Source: Prochlorococcus sp. AG-355-O17
Lineage (GTDB): Bacteria; Cyanobacteriota; Cyanobacteriia; PCC-6307; Cyanobiaceae
Direction of reading: 5' to 3'
NCBI GenBank assembly: GCA_003280655.1
Contig: QCEK01000001.1
Coordinates: forward strand, 64,388 to 128,387
Length of the DNA: 64,000 nucleotides
Under the pieces are notes generated by a model. The model was not told the DNA's origin, did no database searches, and was given only the letters and a program-made list of their open reading frames with translations. How positions within the stretch are numbered: the stretch's first letter is position 1; each line of letters begins with the position of its first letter. A program made the position numbers and the translations under genes. Below are positions 51,546 through 59,756 of the stretch, in pieces.

Positions 51546-52751
51546 TTGAAACTTGCAAATCAACAAGTAATTAAAAAAGCTTTCAGTAAAATTATTGCTC
51601 CCTGGTATTCAATACCTTTAATAGATAGATGGTTATTAGGTCAAATCATCCCTCCTATGATATTTGCAATTTCTGCATTTACTGTTATTTCATTATCTGT
51701 TGGGGTAATGTTCGATCTCATAAGAAAAATTGTTGAATTTGGTTTACCTCTATTTTTAGCTTTAAAAGTTCTTTTTTTTAGTTTGCCTAGCTTTTTAGTT
51801 TTGTCATTCCCAATGGCAGTTTTGCTTTCTACATTATTAGCCTATGGAAAATTATCAAGCAATTCAGAATTATTAGCTTTGAAATCTTTAGGGATAAAAA
51901 CTTCCAGAATTATTTCTCCAGCCATTGCTCTTTCGATATTTATGACGGGTTTAACTTTCTATTTCAATGATAATTTAGTCCCTGCAAGTAACAAGTTAGC
52001 CGAGGTAACATTAAGAGCAGGAATTGGTAGTTCATTTAGTAGTGAAACAGGTAAAGATAATATTATGTTTTCTAGATATGGCTCTCGAATAGATCCTTCG
52101 ACTAATAAACCAACAAAACATAACAACTACCTAACCCATATATTCTATGCATCATGGTTTGAGAATAATATTATGGAGGGAGTTACTGTATTAGATTTTT
52201 CCAGGGCAGATATTCAACAAATCTTAAAAGCGGAAAGTGCAACTTTTGATAAAAATAATTCTTCTTGGAATTTTATAAATGGAAGTATGGTAACTATAGA
52301 TCGAAATGGTCAAACTGGAAATATTCAATTTAAACGATACATATACCCATTTGTAGAAGGACCATTGGAATTAGCACAAGTTCCTAAAGATGCTAATGAA
52401 ATGACTTTAAAGCAGGCTATAAAAGCAGAAAAAATTTATAAAAAAACTGGAAACTTAAAGGAATTAAGAAGAATAAAAGTCCGCATTCAAGAAAAATTTA
52501 CTCTACCTTTTGCATGCTTAGTATTTGGTTTAATAGGAAGCAGTTTAGGATCTAAATCTAATTTAAGATCTTCAAAAAGTCAGGGATTTGGATTAAGCGT
52601 GATTCTTATATTAATTTATTATGTAATGTCATTTATATTTAGTTCATTTGGAGTGAAAGGCATTTTAAATCCTATTTTAGCTGCATGGTTGCCTGTCTTA
52701 ATTTCTCTAGCAGGTGGAATTTATTTATTAAGAAAATCAAGTTCTTTTTAA
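51546..52751 (+). CDS. LptF/LptG (YjgP/YjgQ) family permease
   Basis: IDRWLLGQ, LAYGKLSSNSELLALKSLG, EKFTLPFACLVF, AAWLP. Confidence 0.92.
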   Translation: MKLANQQVIKKAFSKIIAPWYSIPLIDRWLLGQIIPPMIFAISAFTVISLSVGVMFDLIRKIVEFGLPLFLALKVLFFSLPSFLVLSFPMAVLLSTLLAYGKLSSNSELLALKSLGIKTSRIISPAIALSIFMTGLTFYFNDNLVPASNKLAEVTLRAGIGSSFSSETGKDNIMFSRYGSRIDPSTNKPTKHNNYLTHIFYASWFENNIMEGVTVLDFSRADIQQILKAESATFDKNNSSWNFINGSMVTIDRNGQTGNIQFKRYIYPFVEGPLELAQVPKDANEMTLKQAIKAEKIYKKTGNLKELRRIKVRIQEKFTLPFACLVFGLIGSSLGSKSNLRSSKSQGFGLSVILILIYYVMSFIFSSFGVKGILNPILAAWLPVLISLAGGIYLLRKSSSF

Positions 52752-52822
52752 GACTTTAAAAAAATTAATAAGAATATAAAGTAATTAGCAGAGTTTTTTT
52801 AAAGTATAAGATTCTGTGATCT

Positions 52823-53407
52823 CTATATCACATCTATTTTTTGGTAACCATACCAATCAGGATAATTATTTTCTTCAATAAAATCATTGTCTGGTATTAA
52901 TTCAATTTTCCAATTCCCTATCTTTTTTATTAGTTCACAATTATCACAACTAATTAATATTTCTATAGAAGCCATATCATCTTTATGCTTTTTTTCATAA
53001 CCAATAAGCCATTTAGATTTAGCTTTATTTTTTGCCTCTAACTTATTCGAAGCTATAACTAAACCAAACTCATGTTTTTCTTGCATAGAGCTTGGATCAT
53101 AGCCTCCAATATTGACAAACCATAAATTCTTTTGATTCTTGGTTCTATTAGCTAATTGATTTTTGTTAATTTTATCATTTTCAAAATTCTTCAAAATTAT
53201 CTTATAGCCATCTAAATATTTTATTTTTTTATAGCTATCAATGTGCAAACCTTTTGGAGATCCAAACCAATCCTTTCTCAAAGTATCATATGTATCCTCA
53301 ATTTTAGATCCAACAACCCATCTAACATCATGGAGTTCAATATTAGCTTTTTTTGCTCTACCTCCAAGCACAACCAAATAAAGAAAGTTATTTTCTAATT
53401 TTTCCAC
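52823..53407 (-). CDS. DUF1543 domain protein
   Basis: LYLVVLGG...IELHDVRWVVG...LHIDSY...LWFVNIGGY...EKHEF...HKDD. Confidence 0.85.
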   Translation of the reverse strand: MEKLENNFLYLVVLGGRAKKANIELHDVRWVVGSKIEDTYDTLRKDWFGSPKGLHIDSYKKIKYLDGYKIILKNFENDKINKNQLANRTKNQKNLWFVNIGGYDPSSMQEKHEFGLVIASNKLEAKNKAKSKWLIGYEKKHKDDMASIEILISCDNCELIKKIGNWKIELIPDNDFIEENNYPDWYGYQKIDVI

Positions 53408-53491
53408 TTTTAATAAAAAAAATTTACAAAAACTTTAAATTAAATTTTCAAGAATTATCCCCATACGATTTTTATTAAGACAGAGATTTCT

Positions 53492-53635
53492 TTAATTGAA
53501 CCAACCTTTTTTCTTTACTTTAACTTTTGGTGAAGTCTCAATCTTAGGTGCTTCGTCTACTCTACCTTTAATAATCATTAATGGAACTATAGCCCATAGT
53601 GCTAAAAATAATATCCAAAATAAGTAAATGTTCAT
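53492..53635 (-). CDS. Single-TM microprotein (47 aa)
   Basis: MNIYLFWILFLALWAIVPLMIIKGRVDEAPKIETSPKVKVKKKGWFN. Confidence 0.55.
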   Translation of the reverse strand: MNIYLFWILFLALWAIVPLMIIKGRVDEAPKIETSPKVKVKKKGWFN

Positions 53636-53887
53636 AGTATTAAAGTCATTAAAATCATACTAAAATCAATTAAATAATATTCGCGAGTTTCTTTTTAAAG
53701 TTCTAATTTAGATGTATAATTAAAATTTTTTTTTAATCAGTTAAAAATATTTGCACTCGACAAAACCACTGCTTTGCTTCATGATGTGTGGAGTGCATAT
53801 TTATAATGACACGATAATTTTCTTTTCGTGAATCTTCTTAAATCAAACTTTTGCTTATCTAAAATAGAATTAAAAATTAATAGCAAA

Positions 53888-54043
53888 ATGAAAATATGTG
53901 ATTTATGTCATAAGCCAGATAAAATTCATTACAGAGTAAAATCCATAATTCATAGAGACTGGATTTTTTGTTGTAAAGAATGTTGGATTGTAATTTCTAA
54001 ACATAATGATTATTCCTATGGTGGCACAAGAAAGTCCAAATAA
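53888..54043 (+). CDS. Small Cys-rich (putative Zn-binding) protein, 51 aa
   Basis: MKICDLC...YRV...WIFCCKECW...YSYGGTRK; ATG at 53888 preferred over the GTG at 53828. Confidence 0.7.
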   Translation: MKICDLCHKPDKIHYRVKSIIHRDWIFCCKECWIVISKHNDYSYGGTRKSK

Positions 54044-54212
54044 TAAATTTCCCTGAAAAATAATATAGAAAAAACAATCACATAATTAGAGACTTAGAAA
54101 TCTATAAATTTCTTTAAATAAGAACTTGACAATTAATGATGATATTTAAACATGATTTATGAAATTTACCAACAAAAATAAATTTCTTTTTTTTCTTTGA
54201 TTTATCTTTTTA

Positions 54213-54686
54213 ATGTACTTTTTTTGTAATAGAGTCTTGTCTTATTTTGCTAAACCAAACTTTATAGTTTATGACGAATGGTTTGATAATGATTTAAAAA
54301 AAACTAAACTTAATGTTAAAAATAAAAAAATAACAAATATTTCAAAAATTCATGAATTTTTTTATGAGCAATCGAATTACAAAGTTGGTGCCTCTGAAAA
54401 TAACTTACAGATAGACATTCATGAAAATAGGGATGAACTATTTAATAATTATTATTTTGAAAACGATTCAGAAATATATGATTCATTATCAAATAAAAAA
54501 TTTCCATTCTTTGGAAAAATTACCAAAAACAAACTTAACTTTAATATCAAAAATAAAATAATTTATACTTTATCAATTTTTGGATTTGTAATTATTTTTG
54601 GATTACTAATAGTTTTTATTTCGCAATCTAAAAAAAATAAATCGTCCATAACAAATAAATCAATTTTATTAGAAAAAAGATTTTGA
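54213..54686 (+). CDS. Hypothetical protein with C-terminal TM
   Basis: ORF track, 157 aa, no motif recognised. Confidence 0.5.
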   Translation: MYFFCNRVLSYFAKPNFIVYDEWFDNDLKKTKLNVKNKKITNISKIHEFFYEQSNYKVGASENNLQIDIHENRDELFNNYYFENDSEIYDSLSNKKFPFFGKITKNKLNFNIKNKIIYTLSIFGFVIIFGLLIVFISQSKKNKSSITNKSILLEKRF

Positions 54687-55166
54687 TTTTCTAAAAAAGT
54701 CATTAATTTCTTTTTTTATAGATTTATATTCTAAATTAATTTCTTTAATAAATTTATCTACTTCTTTTTTATTATTCTTATATTCATTTATTTTTTGTTT
54801 GGTTTTCTCATAGAAAATGGATTCAAATTTTCCTGGACTTACCTCCTCAATCCAATATCCTGCTAAACAATAAATTTGATTTGGAACAACAGTTATAATA
54901 AATAATTTTTTGGAATTTTTATATTGATCAATTATCTTATTAGCTAAATTACCTTTAGTTTTGTTAGTCCCAAATAGAGTAATATCTTTTGCTAAAGACT
55001 TAAAATTCTTCGATAGATTCTTACTTTTTTCTAATGTATTTCTAGAAATTATTTTTTCTAGAGAATAACAATAATCGAAAAAATTAGTATTTTCTTTTTT
55101 TGAAGGATATATAGTTATTAGAGAACTAAAAAGTAAAAAAGAAGTTAAAATAAATTTTTTAAACAT
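54669..55166 (-). CDS. Hypothetical exported protein
   Basis: Signal-peptide-like N-terminus; YCYSLEK...YCLAGYW. Confidence 0.6.
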   Translation of the reverse strand: MFKKFILTSFLLFSSLITIYPSKKENTNFFDYCYSLEKIISRNTLEKSKNLSKNFKSLAKDITLFGTNKTKGNLANKIIDQYKNSKKLFIITVVPNQIYCLAGYWIEEVSPGKFESIFYEKTKQKINEYKNNKKEVDKFIKEINLEYKSIKKEINDFFRKSKSFF

Positions 55167-55363
55167 TTAATTTTAATTAAATTTATCATTTCATAAATAT
55201 AAAAAGACAATGCGTAAATTACTATTAATTACCTTAAAAAGATTCACATTAATTAAAAAGATTTCTATTAATTGAGCTAAACCTCTTTGAGAAGAATTTA
55301 AAAGTATTTCGGACTTATAAAGTATTTATCAAAAGCATAAAATTTTTTTCTTATAATAAAATT

Positions 55364-55744
55364 ATGAAAAATTCTTTTTTGAAAAATAAAAGTTTCAAAT
55401 CTTTTTTAGATTTTTTTTCAAGATTATCAATTTCAGCAATATTTATCTCAGCAATACCAGGCAAAATAAATGATTTTGAGAGAACAGTTGAATATATTTC
55501 TTCAAAAGGTATTCCTGAACCAATTTCATCTATTCTTCTAGTGGGAGCAATTATATGTCTTATCTTGGGTTCTGGATTTTTTATATTTGGGGAAAATCAA
55601 AAAATCGGTTCCGTCTTTTTATTACTATTTATTATTCCAACAACAATAATTTTTCATGTATTCCCTTTTCATCAAAAAGCAGTATTGTTCAATCTCGCAT
55701 TGATAGGTGGATTAATTATTACTGCAATAAGGGAACCAAAATAA
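55364..55744 (+). CDS. DoxX family membrane protein (second copy)
   Basis: RLSISAIF...KI.DF...KGIP...FIIPTTIIFH...NLALIGGL. Confidence 0.85.
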   Translation: MKNSFLKNKSFKSFLDFFSRLSISAIFISAIPGKINDFERTVEYISSKGIPEPISSILLVGAIICLILGSGFFIFGENQKIGSVFLLLFIIPTTIIFHVFPFHQKAVLFNLALIGGLIITAIREPK

Positions 55745-55781
55745 ATTACTTAATTAAAGAAACCTAAATATTTTTTATTTT

Positions 55782-55976
55782 TTATTTTTTATTTCTTAAT
55801 TCTGGGAAGCAATTTGCAATATGAATTAATTCATAAACCTCTTTGCTATCGTATTTTTTATTCGGAATTCCACTTCCCACCTCTATACCTCTTTCTTTCA
55901 TCTTTTTTAATATCAATTGTTGTCTTTGCATACTTGACATAGACTTAAATCTTTTAGTTCGTTCTTCTTTATTCAC
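55782..55976 (-). CDS. Hypothetical protein (64 aa)
   Basis: ORF track; GSGIP motif. Confidence 0.55.
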   Translation of the reverse strand: MNKEERTKRFKSMSSMQRQQLILKKMKERGIEVGSGIPNKKYDSKEVYELIHIANCFPELRNKK

Positions 55977-56019
55977 TAGATTTAAATTTAGTTAAACTTT
56001 ATTGTTAGGATTATATCGA

Positions 56020-56142
56020 TTAGCGATTCATTAAATAAGTAAGAAAGCCAGTAAATGTAAGTAACTTAAATCCAATAAAGAAAGGCAAATATTTTTTGAC
56101 CTTTTTGCCAACCGGCATTAATTTGTTTAATGAATTGATCAT
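56020..56142 (-). CDS. Microprotein (40 aa)
   Basis: MINSLNKLMPVGKKVKKYLPFFIGFKLLTFTGFLTYLMNR. Confidence 0.45.
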   Translation of the reverse strand: MINSLNKLMPVGKKVKKYLPFFIGFKLLTFTGFLTYLMNR

Positions 56143-56262
56143 GATTCACATTAAAATTATAATTTTTACAAATATCCTAACGAATTTTTTTTAGAATTAT
56201 TCCATTTGATTTGTACATTTTGAATAGTAGATCTAAAGTAGAAGGGTTATATCCCTTTTTTT

Positions 56263-56649
56263 ATGAATGATAAAGAAACAATAATTTCATTATTAAATGA
56301 GTTTGCCAATCCAAAAAAAATGGCCTATTTTTTTCTTGACAATGCGACTCCAGATTTTTTATTTATAAGACCGAGTGGTAATCCTATAGATGCAAAAGGG
56401 TTTGAACAAATGATTACTGATGAAATTGTTCAAGAAAAGGCAGAAATAACTAAAATTCACCGATTCGAATTTTTAAGCGAAAATATAGTAATGTGCATTT
56501 TTACACTAGGTTCAAAATTTACTTATAAAGGAACACCTAATGATGACTTACCAACAGTTACGTCAATTTTTAAAAAAGTAAATAATGTTTGGAAAATTCA
56601 CTGGATGCAAAGATCTACAGGAAATTCGGATTTATCTTTATGGGATTAG
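56263..56649 (+). CDS. NTF2/SnoaL-like protein (DUF3804-like)
   Basis: FLFIRPSGNPID...FTYKGTPNDD...WKIHWMQRSTG. Confidence 0.7.
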   Translation: MNDKETIISLLNEFANPKKMAYFFLDNATPDFLFIRPSGNPIDAKGFEQMITDEIVQEKAEITKIHRFEFLSENIVMCIFTLGSKFTYKGTPNDDLPTVTSIFKKVNNVWKIHWMQRSTGNSDLSLWD

Positions 56650-57128
56650 CAAAGTTAATAGCACTTTTAATGGTGCTACTACTTGTAGGAAGTTCTTTTG
56701 TTGGTTTAATTTTGTATTTTATAAAATAAGTAGATCAAATAAATAATACCCAGGAATTATTTCTTGTTTTAGAAAATAATTGCTCCTTTTATGCTAATTA
56801 ATTTGATTTTCAGGTAAAAATAAAAACTTTAGACAGACTAACGCCTATATCTAAAGCCAATAAAGCAATTAGTAACTTACTCATTTTTTAGAACTCTCAA
56901 CTATTTTTTTGTAAAGTTCCTCAGAAATAGGTTGCATAACCTTTTAAAAATCTAATTACAAATTAATTAATTTAAAATTAATTTCTCGTTACTAAATATA
57001 CGAATATATGAATTTTTAAATAGGCAAAAAATATATTCACTATAAGTTCTTCTTATAAAGTATGAATAAATACTTAATCCAAAAACGTCAATAAATGTCC
57101 AAACTTTTTTTAAAATAAATAAGAAATC

Positions 57129-57230
57129 TTATTTCAAGTAAATAGATCCTCTATAAGTAAGCTTTATAATCTTTTCTTCTTGTTTTCTACAATATACGAA
57201 TGACTTTCCATTGAAATACATGTTTACCAT
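57129..57230 (-). CDS. 33-aa DUF4278-like peptide (Yfr6-type ORF)
   Basis: MVNMYFNGKSFVYCRKQEEKIIKLTYRGSIYLK; LTYRG motif; CAGGAG Shine-Dalgarno upstream. Confidence 0.75.
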   Translation of the reverse strand: MVNMYFNGKSFVYCRKQEEKIIKLTYRGSIYLK

Positions 57231-57248
57231 GATGCAGCTCCTGAACTT

Positions 57249-57311
57249 GCTCAAGTCCCCGTCCTATGGCTTGAGTCGTACTGCGGTCTATCAGATGGTA
57301 GATCGGACGAT
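57249..57311 (-). promoter_or_regulatory. Glutamine-II (Downstream-peptide) riboswitch
   Basis: AUCGUCCGAUCUA..UAGACCGCAGUACGACUCAAG-CCAUAGGACGGGGA-CUUGAG; stems UCUA/UAGA and CUCAAG/CUUGAG, pseudoknot CGUCC/GGACG; directly upstream of the LTYRG peptide. Family identity is from a recalled consensus. Confidence 0.8.
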
Positions 57312-57313
57312 TT

Positions 57314-57329
57314 TGTAGTATTCACTACA
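57314..57329. promoter_or_regulatory. NtcA binding site overlapping the predicted start of the riboswitch transcript
   Basis: TGTA-GTATTCAC-TACA (GTA-N8-TAC with T/A flanks), just downstream of a minus-strand TATAAA -10-like element. Confidence 0.65.
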
Positions 57330-57366
57330 ATCTATTTATAAAGTATTTATACTTAGATGTCAACAA

Positions 57367-57513
57367 TTAATAGAAACTAAACTTAAATTTAAAGGTAGAT
57401 TCGGCTTTCATAAACTCCCGAACAAGAATAAAGAACATATAACTACGAGTAACGCCCATAAAAACTGAAACAAATGCTAGAACTACACAAATAGGGCAAT
57501 GTGGGAATCCCAT
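57367..57513 (-). CDS. HCPIC + TM microprotein (48 aa)
   Basis: MGFPHCPICVVLAFVSVFMGVTRSYMFFILVREFMKAESTFKFKFSFY; TAATG overlap with the upstream ORF. Confidence 0.5.
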   Translation of the reverse strand: MGFPHCPICVVLAFVSVFMGVTRSYMFFILVREFMKAESTFKFKFSFY

Positions 57514-57629
57514 TATTTATTTTCCAATATAAACTTCAATTCAGTCTCTGCATTAAGAATATCGATCCTTCTCTTGAGCAGTTTAAAAAATTTAATTATT
57601 TTCTTCAAAATTAAACCCTCTTTAGGCAT
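57513..57629 (-). CDS. Microprotein (38 aa)
   Basis: MPKEGLILKKIIKFFKLLKRRIDILNAETELKFILENK. Confidence 0.4.
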   Translation of the reverse strand: MPKEGLILKKIIKFFKLLKRRIDILNAETELKFILENK

Positions 57630-57825
57630 CAATAATAATATTATTTAAGAATGAATATATCAATGAGCAAAAATACTGAAGCCATTGATATAACAAAAGT
57701 TTCGTAGCAAATTTATACAATAAACAACACCAACATATGCTCAGATACTCTTGCTCAATTAGCTTATTCAGAGTCAAATATTAAATTGGTGATCTAGTTA
57801 CCTTGCAGTGCTATTTTTCTTTTGC

Positions 57826-57894
57826 TAAAAAAATAGAGCGGACTAAAGTCCAATACTCCACGAGGATTTAGTCCGCTGCCTAAAGCCTGAGAGT
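57826..57894 (-). ncRNA. Candidate sRNA (about 70 nt) carrying a copy of the 58022 start-codon region
   Basis: TAAAAT -10 at 57904-57899; terminal stem GCGGACUAAA/UUUAGUCCGC followed by UCUAUUUUUUU. Confidence 0.6.
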
Positions 57895-58027
57895 GCAAAT
57901 TTTACTTAATTAATATGCAAGTATGCTTTATGAGGTAAATATCTTGATTGCGTAATAAATTTATTTTGTATATTGCTATTACAAAAATGATGAGTTTATT
58001 TAAATTAGTTACTAAATCCTCGTGGAG
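57856..58027. repeat. Exact 17-bp inverted repeat pair (57856-57872 and 58011-58027)
   Basis: CTCCACGAGGATTTAGT versus ACTAAATCCTCGTGGAG. Confidence 0.92.
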
Positions 58028-58141
58028 AAAGCTTTAGTAAATTTCTTTTATTGGTTACTGATAAGATCTGCCGAATCTCATTATGGAGAATCATTTGTAT
58101 CTGTAGAAGTTCCATCTAATTCAATCAAAGGTTTTTCTTGA
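58022..58141 (+). CDS. MEK..YW..SAES.YG family microprotein (39 aa, GTG start)
   Basis: MEKALVNFFYWLLIRSAESHYGESFVSVEVPSNSIKGFS; supported by the paralog at 62459. Confidence 0.7.
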   Translation: MEKALVNFFYWLLIRSAESHYGESFVSVEVPSNSIKGFS

Positions 58142-58286
58142 TTTTAGAAAGTTTTTAATACTTAAATTCATAGCTTTCTGAAAATTGAATAACTAATTTG
58201 ATTTAATTTGGTTAATTATCTCTATTGCAAATAAAGATAAGGTTGTTAATCTTGCACTTAAAGAAGAAACTTAATTTCTTAAACTG

Positions 58287-58496
58287 ATGCAATTTGATCA
58301 TTTAAATTTCAATGAAGATGATGGCCTCATGTCCATAGAAGATTTAAGGGCTTTACGTCTTCGAAAAAAGAAAATTGAAAGTGATAAGAAAGCTAGAAAG
58401 TATATCCTGGATATAAATCAAAGATATAGAAAAATGAGTACCAGCAAAAGTAATAACTTTTTAAGGAATATGAACCCTTTTAAAAAAGCCGCATAA
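58287..58496 (+). CDS. Hypothetical basic protein (69 aa)
   Basis: ORF track. Confidence 0.55.
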   Translation: MQFDHLNFNEDDGLMSIEDLRALRLRKKKIESDKKARKYILDINQRYRKMSTSKSNNFLRNMNPFKKAA

Positions 58497-58822
58497 ATTG
58501 TTAATCTTGATTTTGTTAATTTGTTTAACTTTGCAACTTTCAGAGTAAGATTTTAATGGTGTTTCTTTGGAAGAGTTTCACCAAGAGGGGTCAATTTTTG
58601 GCCCCTTCTTTGCGGAGATATTTTTTAATTGAAACTCGTTATGAAATTAAAGTAATACTTTCCTAGAAGGCGAAAGTGATGTAAATCTTTTGTTAAAAGT
58701 TTTTTGTTACCACTTAATGAAAACTCTATATCTTCAATTAAATCCTGTTATTAAAAAAACAAAAGTTTTAGTTTATGGACCATTTCCCATAATTTATTGA
58801 AATTCTTCATTTGCGATTTTTA

Positions 58823-59026
58823 ATGGCTTCACCTACAAGTTGGGAATTCTACAAAGAAATTGAAACTAAAACTCTATGGGTCAATATTTGTACCCAAAAT
58901 TTAGAAGGAGTAGCTATTTCGATCAATAAATGGTGGAAGACAAGATATCCAGCATACAAAATCAGAATAGTTTCTAAAAAAGAATTTGAGCTAGTAAAAA
59001 TGCAAGCTGAGAAAAAGGAGCAATAA
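58823..59026 (+). CDS. Conserved hypothetical protein (67 aa)
   Basis: MASPTSWEFYK...WWKTRYP.YKIRIVS; ATG at 58823. Confidence 0.7.
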   Translation: MASPTSWEFYKEIETKTLWVNICTQNLEGVAISINKWWKTRYPAYKIRIVSKKEFELVKMQAEKKEQ

Positions 59027-59102
59027 AATTATTCTTTGGTAAATATTGATGCTGAATATTTAATTTTTGCAGCTATTATAAAATCAATAAATTAAAGAAC
59101 AA

Positions 59103-59258
59103 ATGAACTCTGCATTTGCAAAAGTATCAAATTTGAAAGTTAACAGGGCTTCTAAAATAGCTATTACTCTCGCATCATCAACTTTCTTTTTGTATGCCTT
59201 GGGTCAAGCACCAATTTTTAAAAATATTCTTGCAGGTGCCTTCTCTTGCTCTGGCTAA
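59103..59258 (+). CDS. Small protein (51 aa)
   Basis: MNSAFAKVSNLKVNRASKIAITLASSTFFLYALGQAPIFKNILAGAFSCSG. Confidence 0.55.
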   Translation: MNSAFAKVSNLKVNRASKIAITLASSTFFLYALGQAPIFKNILAGAFSCSG

Positions 59259-59327
59259 ATAAAATACTGTTTTTTTAGAGAAGCTAAAAAGCTTAAGTAG
59301 ACTATGATTGAAAGTCGATCTAAACTT

Positions 59328-59350
59328 AGAGGGATAAATCCCTCTTTTTT
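59328..59350 (+). terminator. Intrinsic terminator
   Basis: AGAGGGA-TAAA-TCCCTCT-TTTTT. Confidence 0.7.
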
Positions 59351-59410
59351 AATGTTTAATAGATTTATTGCTGAAAAGATAATGACTCTTCTTATTTCTC
59401 TTTGCAGCTG

Positions 59411-59527
59411 ATGAATATTTCCCCGCACCTATTAATTGATGCTGTGATATTAAGCGCTGCCCTTACGATAACTTTGGTATTAAGAGCAAAAGGTAATGCT
59501 GCCAGAAAAGAAAAAGAAAATAAATGA
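59411..59527 (+). CDS. Single-TM microprotein (38 aa), first of a coupled trio
   Basis: MNISPHLLIDAVILSAALTITLVLRAKGNAARKEKENK. Confidence 0.55.
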   Translation: MNISPHLLIDAVILSAALTITLVLRAKGNAARKEKENK

Positions 59528-59664
59528 TTACTAAAGAAGAAGAAAAAGAATTTAAAAAACCTAAATTATATAGATTTTGGAACTTTCTTATTTATGGAAG
59601 TTCCATAGCTATTGGAGTTTTCTTAGTTTATTTATATTCTGCTTATGTCTTTATAAATAAATGA
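59524..59664 (+). CDS. Single-TM microprotein (46 aa), second of the trio
   Basis: MITKEEEKEFKKPKLYRFWNFLIYGSSIAIGVFLVYLYSAYVFINK; ATGA overlap. Confidence 0.55.
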   Translation: MITKEEEKEFKKPKLYRFWNFLIYGSSIAIGVFLVYLYSAYVFINK

Positions 59665-59756
59665 CTTACATCTTCGGCATAGCGATTACTTATGGGGTTG
59701 TAAGTCTTTTATTGCTTGGTGGGTTTGCATACTTTACTTTTAAAATGAGACGCTAA
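59661..59756 (+). CDS. Single-TM microprotein (31 aa), third of the trio
   Basis: MTYIFGIAITYGVVSLLLLGGFAYFTFKMRR; ATGA overlap. Confidence 0.55.
   Translation: MTYIFGIAITYGVVSLLLLGGFAYFTFKMRR

Noticed and set aside
55555-55767. Track ORF of 70 aa
   Set aside because: Alternate frame inside the second doxX
56810-56884. Hydrophobic 24-aa ORF MSKLLIALLALDIGVSLSKVFIFT (toxin-like)
   Set aside because: Too short to distinguish from chance; no Shine-Dalgarno, paralog or antisense partner seen
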